Part shown: positions 53,741-64,000 of the stretch, piece after piece
Position numbering within the stretch: position 1 is the first letter of the stretch
Layout of the letters: every line of letters starts with the position of its first letter
Source: Camelus dromedarius
Lineage: Eukaryota
Reading direction: 5' to 3'
Length of the DNA: 64,000 nucleotides
Assembly: GCF_036321535.1 (NCBI RefSeq)
Contig: NC_087447.1
Location: forward strand, 43,464,001 to 43,528,000
Position numbers and translations under genes: made by a program
The notes under the pieces: model-generated
What the model was told of the DNA's origin: nothing
Databases searched by the model: none
The model's input: the letters and a program-made list of their open reading frames with translations, nothing else

Positions 53741-56021
53741 TAAAGTAATTGAAATGAATAACAAAGGGCAGTGCTATTAGATAAGATCATTTTTTTTCTC
53801 TCTACTGGAATATCCTCAGCATTCATATAGAATATTTCTGCATTGAAGAAAATGGCTCTTATGGTCAAACAAGTAATTCCTCCTCTGACCTTATTTATGT
53901 ATGTTTTATCTCTGCTTTCTCTTTCTACATCTCCACTATTGATCTTCCTATTCCTTGCTGGAAACTAGTAGAGGAAGTGTAAATGATTTTAGTTTAATTC
54001 GTGACTACTCTGCTTCACAGGGGTACAGAATTATTCTTTCCTATTTTAATTTTTTGACATATTTAATGCTTGATGATAGTTTGTTTTTTCTTTCTGCCTT
54101 ATAGATGAGGGACAATAAATTCCATGTGGGCAGACGTCTTAGGCTATTCATCACTTGTATTTCCTATAGTCTAGGACAGTGCCTGGAATATAAGAGGCAG
54201 TTAATATAATTTTTTGAGTGAAAGAATGAATGAAATGAGTAAATCTCCATATTCATATTTCCAGGAAGATTGTTAGTAGTGTTATAAAGAAAATGTAGCA
54301 CGCACATACTTCTTCAAATTTGAAGAGGGGTAGTGGTGATGTCTGTAGCTTCAATTTTTTTTTTTAGCAGAAAATGACACTGTTATTTCTATTACTCTTC
54401 TTGTAGTTGACATACAGTGCATTTGGAAAAGTAGTGATGAAGATAATAGCAAAGATAGACTGATGGGTATAAAGAAACAGCAGCAGCAGCAGCAGTGTGC
54501 AGCCCCATCTGTCTTTGGCGGATTGTATCATGGGCATGTCTAGAAAATCAGTGGTATCAACTTAGAATTCACTGACTGTCCTCTGAATAGATGCATAAGA
54601 AAAAGATATCAATCTCTGGTAATCAGAGCTATTTAGCAAGAAGCAGAAAACCCAGCACTACAAGAAAGAACTGCAATAAAACCCAGAGATAGAAATTCAG
54701 TCTATTTGGCTAGATGACTGACAATGATGGTTCAGGGTTGTAACTAGTCCTGTAGGGAGAAGAACTCTGAGCCAACAATTAGAACCTAATGTTAACTTTT
54801 TAAAAAATTTCACGTATATGTAATAAAGTATATACAGTCTTCATTCCTGTGTACATGTTGAGACTCTGCCTTATGACAAGTTCTCCAAAAGCAAGACCTT
54901 ATACTGTAATTCTTATGCAAGTGATTTAGTGAGGAGTGATCTCTGGAGAAAACTGTAAGAAAAGAGAGAAGCAGGACAAGGCAAGGGGAGAAGCCAGATA
55001 ACGATGTGGGCTCCACTGAAGTGTAGCTTCAGTGTGATCCCACAGGGAGCACTGGAGCATAAATGGCACCTACCATTTAGAGTTGTCCTCCCATGCAGCA
55101 ACAGGGTGTTTTTGTCATTGTTGTTTTTAAACACGATATCATTAAGCTAATGGCTATGGGGCATCCTGGGAGTGCACTCCCAGACATTTCCAGTCAATTT
55201 TGTTCCTTTCTTCCAAGAGTAATTCTCAAAAAAATGCATTAGCAGGTGGCTCTGAAAGAAGTTGATGAAATGTTCACTGGCCTGGTAAGAGATTGAGGAA
55301 AGGCACAAAAAAAAAAAACACCCCAATTTATTTTTATGTAGAGCTACCTAGACTGCTACACTGTATCTGCTAACATTGAGGTTCTTTGTACAGTGGAGGC
55401 CATCCAAAATAAATGCCCCTCCTAATAGAACTCATTCTTAAGGATTGTAATTTCTGTCTTGATTTTTATGCATTCATTCAGGCAGGGAACTTCTTGGATG
55501 AGGTAGCATTTATGCTATATCTTTAAAATTATGGAAAAAGTTTGAATGAGTCTCATCAGGAGAAGGGATTTTAAGACAGATTGAAAAGAGTACAGAGGAA
55601 AGTGCAGATATTAAGCAGAAGATAGTATGCCAACTGGTTTGCATCAAGTGTTGGATCAACATTGAAGATAAGACTTAGTAGCTCATTAGGTAGAAAGCAG
55701 GACAGATGGTGGAAGATGTTAAAAGCCAAGCTGATGAGAGAGGAAGTTAGGAGCCACTTGGAGATTTTACACAAGCCAGTACAGTAACTGGGAATTTGGA
55801 TAAAAGGGAATTATTCTTTGCAGCAAGATCTTCTAAAGGAGAAATGCCTCTGAGAGAGAAATTTTAGTGCTTATACTGTGTGTTAGTCTTCTTTTTACTA
55901 ATCTTCTAAATGATTTCCTTGGCAACAGCTTCTCATGACCTGCCTTTCCTTTGACCTGGGTATTGGACAGATGAGTCCTGAGGGACTTGGCAAATTTTCA
56001 GAATTATAAAATAAATGATAA

Positions 56022-56176
56022 GGGGGAGGGTATAGCTCAAGTGGTAGAGTGCATGCTTAGCATGCACAAGGTACTGGGTTCGATCCTCAGTACCTCCTCT
56101 AAAAATAAGTAAACCTAATTACTTCCCCCCCCCCAAATTTTAATAATACAATAATAAACAAAAATTTTTAAATAAA
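56022..56176 (+). mobile_element. tRNA-derived SINE (camelid Vic-1-like), right arm only
   Basis: ggggagggtatagctcaagtggtagag (A box), gggttcgatcc (B box), AT-rich tail. TSD taaaataa(a/g)tgata at 56007-56020 and 56177-56190. Empty site in the left arm near 7714-7730. Confidence 0.9.
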
Positions 56177-56379
56177 TAAAATAAGTGATATTTTGCAGGA
56201 AGTAAAATATTCCTAAGAGAATCATCCACATCCCAAAGATTTATTTTTAACAAATCGAGTTTTCATCACTTCAATTGTTATTCAGAATTATAAGTGCAAA
56301 CATCCCTCAAAATTCTCTATGGTAGGTCAGGATTTAAAAATATCTTTCATATTGATTCAGTCTTGGTGGACTGTATATT

Positions 56380-56590
56380 TCCAGAAACTTATTAAATGTT
56401 AACCACTTCATATAAAAATATAAAAAAACAAATTCCTTCTGTATATAAGAGGGAACTATATTCAATTTGTTGTAATAACCTTTAATGAAAATGAATATAT
56501 GTGTATATATGCATGACTTGGACGTTATGCTATACACCAGAAATTGACATATCATAACTTAATTGACTATACTTCAATTTAAAAAAAAAA
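56380..56590 (+). mobile_element. Short L1 3'UTR tail, right arm only
   Basis: tatgctatacaccagaaattgaca...tgactatacttcaattt followed by poly-A. Confidence 0.7.
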
Positions 56591-59500
56591 GGGAGAAAAA
56601 ACATTGTTGAGGACATTACATTGGGTGATGGACCCATGAAGCACAAGATTCCTGGCATCTGAAGCGGTAGTCTCTAGATAATGGTCTCCAGTGGCCTGAG
56701 GACTCATTAAAATCTTCATGGTACTGCGATCCATCCTTAAGGAATGAAGACAACCTTTTATGTTATAGGAGACTCTAACGTCTGAGGGGACTCATGACAG
56801 GCATTCAAAAGAAAAAAGTTGCCTTAAAACTTATCCCTGAATAATGAGATACATGAAATCAGAGGAAGTATTGCAGAAAGCCACACCTGAGTTGTAAGAC
56901 TGTAAGTTCTTCCTCCAGCTTAACACCTCATGCATTTAAGAGAAGAGAAAGTGATTTTCCTTCTATAAAATGTGGGCATTATGGTTTTTTTCTCTCTCTT
57001 TACAATGAATATTATTCTATGTATTCTAATAATCAAGTACTTATAGATATTGGAAAATATTAATGAAAATATGGGCACAGATAATCTAGGAATTAAGAAT
57101 GTTGTCAATTCTCTGCTCCTAGTATAGCTGGCACACAGAAAACAGTACTGGGGAAGCTCTGAAGAACTACAGAGAAGAAGATGCAAAACTCAAGGCAAAG
57201 TCCATGATAGTAAAGACAGCAAGGCTTGCGAAAAACAGGGGGCTGAAAAAAATGTTATAGGTATATTGATCTCCAGTGCCTGCCAGTGTGATTGGGAAAA
57301 ATGGAAATAATGTCACATCGACATAATTGTTTATCATTATTGGACTAGGATAGTATTTTAAAAAGCCCCAGAATTTACCAGAAAAATATATGAAAAGTGT
57401 ATAAATCAAAAGTTCTTGACAAAAATTAAAGAGAAAGATTATGCAAAGTATATGTATCCTCATATCCTGGAGGTCTTTGTTCTTGGAGAGGCCTGCCCAG
57501 AACTTGGGGTAGGTACTGGTAGAGAGAGACATGCTGTTTTGATAAAGCTCCCCTAGAGATTATCTGATATACCTCTTAGTAGATGATCACTCTTGTAGGT
57601 CATGTATGATTTCCTTCTACAGTAAATTGGGGGTAATATCTAGCATGAGAAAATGATAGCCTCGATTTCTTAGACTCTAAGCAGCCAGTCTGGCATTTTC
57701 AGACGTTTGCTGATTTTCACCATCATAAGTTCAATTAAGACAGCATGTAGAAAACTTCTGTACATGCATTCACATTGCTAGGTGACAGGATTCTTAAAAC
57801 CCATTAGAGAGCAGCCAACTACCTTAGTACAAATAAAATGTATTTCAAATATACCAAAAAATGGATTATGGAGGAATTAGTAAATCTCCCAAAATAATAA
57901 TCATGAGACTCCTCATGCAACGGGACAGGTAAGACCTTAAATGCCATGCTAGGGCACGTGTGGTGAGGGAGGCCTTATAAACAGCTAGCCAAGTGAGTGA
58001 GTCTTCGGACTCTCGCTGCCTTGTTGTGTGTATGATACATGTGTACTGACCGGCTGTGTCACCTTTGTCAAGTTAAGTAACTCTCTAAGCCACAGTTTCC
58101 TCACCAGAAACATGGTCATTTTAACAGCACTTATCTCTTAGTATAGCTGTGAGGGTATATGATATAGTATGACTGAAGCATGCAGTGAAGTCTAGAAGTT
58201 ACTTGAATTATCTAGTTTGTAAGCAAAGGGTATCTAAAACATGTTGAAAATGAAGACATGTAGCATGATCATAAATATGGTAGAGGAAAGGTGGCAGGAG
58301 GTGAGGGACAGGTCTGGAAGAGGGAAAAAATAGATGCTGTTGCAAAAATCCACATGAATGATGGAATAGAATGCAGGTGACATTTTTTAGTTAGGATCCT
58401 GGAATCTAGAAAATGTGGACAACGAGAGAGGGTGAGAAATCAAAGTAATTCAAGTTAGGGCATGAAAACTCAATAAAAGTCTGATAAAAGTAAAATAGAG
58501 GAGGGGAAACTGAGACAGAGGGAAAATCACCTGCAAGGCACAGCAGCATGAAGGATCGTGAAGCGTTTGGAAAAAAGAGGGCACTATTGTCTGGTTTGAG
58601 TGTAGGATGGGTAAAGGGGTGTGGTGGAAACTGAGCCAGGAGCAGTGCCTAGGAATCCTTTTGTGATGAGCATCAAATATCGTGCTGGAGTATTTGGATT
58701 TCCTCTGATAAGCAGTGTGTATCTATTCACTATTTTTGACACTGTTAGTAACTTAATATAGCCTGTAGTTACAAATCTAACAACAGGTCATATTGTGGTG
58801 AATAAAATTAAAATGCAGGAGACTTATGACTAATAGCCAACTATGGAGGCACCATATACACCCTATGGGAAATAGCAGAGGTAGTAAAATAAGAGGATAA
58901 AGATGTTGGCAAACAAGCCATCTATAATTACGGAAAATGCGGAAGGAGTAAAAAATGGAGTTTGAGGGTGGCTCTCTGATGTCTGTAATTAACTCAAATA
59001 GGAAATACAGGAGGAAACTCTGACGTGTGGAAAAATTTGGCCAGTTTTGTTCTGAAAATCTTGCATTGAATTATTGGAGGTAATTCCAGCCTTGGAAATG
59101 TGCCAAAGGAAACTGGGGATTCTGCTATGGCAGAGGCAGAACACTGAAGAGTCACACAAGGTAAATGATGATTGAAGCATAAGAATGGGAAAAAAAATTT
59201 TTAAGAGGTAAATAGCCTAGGGAACCATCAGTGGTAAGAGTGTGGTCAGATCTCAAAGATAAGCCATATGGGTCCTGGTTGCAGATTGCTGGGGTAGATT
59301 ATTCCCACCTTAGGTTCTTTGTGTTAGCTCTGAACTGTGCCTGCAATGCTGACTCCCCTGTTCTTTACCTGTTGGTTGCTAACTGACTTTCTGTTCTCCA
59401 TTTAAGCATGTTACCTCCCCAGAAAGGGCTTTCCTGACTCCACAAACCAAAACAGTCATTCACTCTCACATTATCAGATCCTATGTGTCTGGTTACGTAT

Positions 59501-60954
59501 TGTGTTTCCCAAGTATAAAATTGCCTGGCCCGTCACATGCATTTAGTCAATATGTATTGAACAAATTCATGACTTCTATAGTCACTTAACCACACTTTAA
59601 CTTACTTTATTGTTTATAAAATCACAATGAAAATCCTAAAAACGTAGACTTAAAAGGACTACATGAGTCAGCTCTAACTGCAGCATATTGTCTGGAACAT
59701 TAAAGGTATATGGTGGGTGCTGGTCACCTGGCATGACTTCTCTTGTATTCTTTGCCCATAATTACAATGCAAAGAGAAAACAGTAACCCTTCAAGCTTCG
59801 ATACATTTCTTAGCCCTATAGAATAACTTCTAGCCAGTGTTTCTCTCTTTCTCTTGCACACTCCTTCATTTTCCTCCACTGATTCCTTACTATTTTTCTT
59901 TCCCATCATTTTTTAACAGTGTTTGAAGTTAAAAATTGAAATTCTATGGGATTTCTTCATATCACATTTCTACCTTCACCACTTATGAGATTGGATGTTT
60001 AATGAAAAATTGAAATAGAAATATGATTGGCCAAATTGATCAGAGGAATTTGGGTTTATTCCATTGAGGTCTGCACTTCAAAGCAAACCACATAACAAGT
60101 ACACCTGCTACAAAATGTCCTGGAGGTTTTGCTAAAAAAATCCAAAATTTGATTAAAACATTATGACCAGAATATGCCATTCTAAATGAAATGGTATCTT
60201 CAAAATTATTTTCACTCAATGCTAGTCCATTAATATATTAGGCATTTGAAAAAAGACCTTCAATGAGAAATTAAGAACTTATAATTATTGATATGTATTA
60301 AGAACTAATGATATTTTAAATCTCAAGCTTTAATTATTACCATGGATAGGAACCCAGTACAAGTTACATGTTAAATTCATTTGTGTGGTCAGGTCATGGC
60401 CACAGTTATTACTTTTGGAGCCACTGCAGGGTGAAACACTGATAAAAAGAAGATTTCATTGAAGGAAAAGTCAAAGCTCTTTTGGAAAATTTCACTGATC
60501 TGCCTAATTTTTTTAAAAAATGTTATATTTATTTTAAGTGATTGGATTATTTTATTCATTCAGTCAGTAGTTTATGAAGTACCCCTAAGTACCAGGTTAC
60601 CATTTTGTCTCAAAGAGGATTTGAAAAATGTAGCATCACAAAATCCAGTGGGTGAGAACAAAGCAAATTTATTCATGTTTCCCTCTTACATGCAGATGCT
60701 GATTGGAAAAGAGAGAAATAAGAATGCTTTTGTGAGTATAATCCAAGGAGATATTTGGGCCGACTGTATGTCATTTATATAGATTTTCATACCAGAATCA
60801 TTCTCCTCACTCTGATTACTGAACTTGACTTCAGTCAAGTGCACTTAGCATTAATTTCTTAGGCTTTCCCATGAAGAGCTGCCTTCAACTTCCCAGGGCC
60901 CTTTTATTAAAGTCTTGGTGACATTGGTACATAAGGATATTTTATAACCATCTC

Positions 60955-60970
60955 AGAGTCTTAACTTCAG
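60955..60970 (+). promoter_or_regulatory. Putative splice acceptor of OR10 coding exon (mirror site at 2699-2714, minus)
   Basis: tcttaacttcag|gaaccc lies 44 nt upstream of the ATG in both copies. Confidence 0.55.
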
Positions 60971-61014
60971 GAACCCTGCACATTTGGAAGAGAGTTGCCG
61001 CGTGCACCAGGAGG

Positions 61015-61980
61015 ATGGGCAATCACACCACAGTGAGCACCTTCCTTCTGTGGGGATTTTCCAGTTTCCCAGACCTGCAGATTCTCCTCTTTGTGATGAT
61101 TTTCTTCTCCCATGCGACCATCCTCACTGCAAATGTGTCCATAATGGTGGCCATCAGGCTCACTTGCCACCTGCACACCCCCATGTACTTTTTCCTCTGT
61201 AGTCTGGCCTTTTCAGAAACCTGTACCACTATGGTAATCATCCCCTGCATGTTAGTGGATTTACTATCAGATAGTAAGACCATCTCTCTTCCTGAGTGTG
61301 CCACACAGATGTTCTTCTTCTTTGGCTTGTCAAGCAGTAACTGCTTCATCATGGCTGCCATGTCCTATGACCGTTACACTGCTATTCACAGCCCGCTGCA
61401 CTACCCCGTCTTGATGACCCGGAAGATCTGCTTTCAGCTGATGACGGCCTCCTGGGTGGTTGGGTGTCTGGTTTCTCTGTGCATCGTCATCATGGTATTC
61501 AACTTGTCTTTCTGTGACTCCAACATCATCCAGCACTTCTTTTGCGACATCTCACCTGTGGTCTGCCTGGCTTGTGACTATACGCCCTATCATGAAATGG
61601 CTGTATTTATGCTCTCTGCCTTTGTGCTGGTGGGCAGCTTTATTTTAATTATGATTTCCTATGTCTTCATTGGGTCCATCATTATGAAGATGCCTTCTGC
61701 CAAGGGGAGGTATAAGGCCTTCTCAACTTGCTCCTCCCACCTCACTGTGGTGTGCATGCACTACGGATTTGCTGGCTTTGTTTATTTGAGGCCCAAGGAC
61801 AGTGGCTCATTCGGGGAAGATATGCTGAGGGCTGTGACCTACACAGTGCTGACACCTCTGCTTAATCCCATTGTTTACAGTCTAAGAAATGAAGAAATGC
61901 AGATAGCCTTAAGGAAGGTACTAGACAGTACACACAGGTTCATCCCTCAGATGGTGAATAAACGGACCCTGAACATTTAA
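61015..61980 (+). CDS. Olfactory receptor, family 10 (OR10AB1-like), intact, copy B, 321 aa
   Basis: Same motifs as copy A; 14 amino-acid differences counted between the two translations; inverted orientation. Confidence 0.95.
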   Translation: MGNHTTVSTFLLWGFSSFPDLQILLFVMIFFSHATILTANVSIMVAIRLTCHLHTPMYFFLCSLAFSETCTTMVIIPCMLVDLLSDSKTISLPECATQMFFFFGLSSSNCFIMAAMSYDRYTAIHSPLHYPVLMTRKICFQLMTASWVVGCLVSLCIVIMVFNLSFCDSNIIQHFFCDISPVVCLACDYTPYHEMAVFMLSAFVLVGSFILIMISYVFIGSIIMKMPSAKGRYKAFSTCSSHLTVVCMHYGFAGFVYLRPKDSGSFGEDMLRAVTYTVLTPLLNPIVYSLRNEEMQIALRKVLDSTHRFIPQMVNKRTLNI

Positions 61981-62129
61981 AAATTACAGATTGCTGGAAA
62001 ATGAAAGTGGAAAAAGTGGAGTACTTTTGATAAAAATCATCACTTTGTGTACAAAGCATTTAAAGTATTACTGAATTACCTGATATACCTGTACTTGGGA
62101 TACAGTTTTAAAATAGTTTAAAATATATG

Positions 62130-63900
62130 TATGTGTGCATGATTCAAAACATGTTTGGAACACAGTATTTTCATGATAGTAGCTGGATGAATCTTTATGT
62201 CTATGGATTTTAGTTTTAGTGTCAATTCCCAGAAGTTTTTGACTAACCCTATATCTTGACTATTCTCTCCTACTTTTTCTAAGGGTTTATAGCTTATAGT
62301 TCTATATTTCACATTGCCCTTCCTGATCTACTTTGAGTAAATTCTCATACCAGGTGTGATGTTTAGGTTGAGGTAGTTCCACCCTCCATGGATATCCAAT
62401 TGCTCTAGAACCCTTTGCTGAAAAACCTTCCTTCTTTCATTGGATTGCTTCTGCATCTTAAAAAAAAAAAAAAAGTTTGGCACACTTGTAGGTCTTTCTC
62501 AAGGTTTTCTAGTCAGTTTCATTGATCTATGTACCTATTCTTCTACCAGTACCGCAGTGGCCTGATGACTGAAGCTTTATAATAAGTCTTAATGTCAGGT
62601 AGAGTGATTTCTCCTACTTCATTCTTTTCTTTCAAAAATTTTAAATATATCTAAGACCTTTTTCTTTAGTAACATAAACAATCAGTGCTGTAAATTTCCC
62701 TCTCAACACTGCTTTAACTGAATCTCACATTTTTGGTATGCTTTTATTTTTTTCATTTTGTTCTATATTTTAAATTACTGGAGTTCCAAGTTTTCTTTTT
62801 TATCATTTACATTCTGTTTAGAGAATTTCCTTTAGCCATTTCTTAAAAGTAGATTTGTTGGGAAAAAAATTCTTTAAGCGTTCCTTCATCTGAAATGTTC
62901 ACTTTCATTTCTGGAAACTATTTCTGCAAATTAGAATTTATGTTTGACTGTTCCTTAGTTTTTGGACTTGAAAAATATGCTACTACCTTCTGGCCTTCAT
63001 GGTTTCAGGTGAGAAATTTTGTCTTTCATATTGCTTTTTATAATAAGTAATGTGTACTTCCTTCTTAAATGCTTGTAAGATTTTTCTTTCTGTTTAATTT
63101 TCAGAACTTTCTATGTGTCTCTTATAAATTTCTTTGGGTTTATCCTGTTTGAGGTTTGCTCAGCCTCCTGCATCTATAGCTCTATGTCTTTCATGAAATT
63201 TAGAAATTTATCAGACTTCATGTCTTTAAGTATTAGTACTTCTTTCTTTCCCCTCTCTTTCTGAGATTCCCAAAATGTGAATGTTAACTGGTTATTTTCT
63301 TATAGATCCATGTAGATCTGATTTTTTCCCCCAAATCTATTTTCTTTTTGTTTAGATCAGTTATTTCTATTCTTCCTTATTCAAGTTCACTGGATCTATC
63401 ATCTGTCATCTCCACTAGACTATTGAGCCCATCCTGCAAGTTGTTTGATTTTTTTTAAACTTCAGTGTTTGTATTTTTTCAGTTATATCATGTTCACATT
63501 ATTATTTTTTATAATTTCTATTTTTTGCTGAAATTTTCTATTCTTTTTCATTTGTCTCAAGAGAATTAATAATTGCTTGTTGAAGCATTTGTTTAGTGGC
63601 TATTTTAAATCCTTGCCAGATGATTTCAGCATCTGATTTATCTTGAGGTTGACATATACTGCTTTATCTCATTGAAGTTTTTATTTTTATGGTTCTTGGT
63701 ATGATAAATGATTTTGTATTATATTGTAGACATTTCGGATATTATATTAAGAGGCTCTGGATCATGTTCCATCACTTTTTAGGAAGAAGTCCCCCTATTG
63801 AGGTGTTGCTATAACAACTAGGCCAGTACATACGTTTAGCTTCCTGCTGAGAACTACCGACACAGCTTTGGCAAAAATGGAGTGCTGACTGGCCTTGCCT
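62130..63900 (-). mobile_element. Old L1M remnant, inverted paralogue of 1-1450
   Basis: Reverse-complement similarity to the window start. Confidence 0.7.
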
Positions 63901-64000
63901 CCTTGACTATGAATGAGGTAAAGGTTCAGCTCCCTTTCTGCCCTGTTGTCTCTTTCCGAGTGACAGTGTATCACCAAGTTGCATTCATTTGTTCTTTCAA

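Larger units (their letters stand above)
54350..63650 (+). repeat. Right arm of inverted segmental duplication
   Basis: Examples: 60068-60184 matches revcomp of about 3495-3610; 58720-58760 is the empty site of the L1 at 4993; 63550-63650 matches revcomp of about 1-100. Confidence 0.88.

Noticed and set aside
54478..54495. (CAG)n run as a polyglutamine exon
   Set aside because: Short, with no surrounding ORF; the paralogous site near 9253-9261 has fewer units.
56022..56100. tRNA-like sequence with A and B boxes (also 41440-41514)
   Set aside because: It has a SINE body, AT-rich tail, TSD and an empty paralogous site, so it is a tRNA-derived SINE and not a tRNA gene.

Overview
AT-rich, repeat-dense mammalian genomic DNA, most likely camelid (two Vic-1-like tRNA-derived SINEs). 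It holds part of a class II olfactory receptor (OR) cluster with five loci: two intact family-10 genes (OR10AB-like; 1689-2654 minus, 61015-61980 plus), two intact, almost identical OR5P-family genes (20096-21028 and 36246-37178, both minus), and an OR5P2-like gene (47425-48368, minus) broken by a single 1-bp deletion. The architecture is nested. An old inverted duplication of about 9 kb (about 1-9400 vs 54350-63650) carries the OR10 pair and brackets an old tandem duplication (about 13150-27950 vs 30470-42050) carrying the OR5P pair. In both duplications the flanks are clearly diverged and carry copy-specific retroelement insertions, while the coding exons are nearly identical with sharp edges. 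This pattern suggests exon-focused gene conversion. In the OR10 pair a 9-nt island in TM3 (predicted odorant pocket) remains divergent. No prokaryote-type systems, CRISPR arrays or true RNA genes were found. All alignments were done by eye; repeat family names are from memory and repeat boundaries are approximate.
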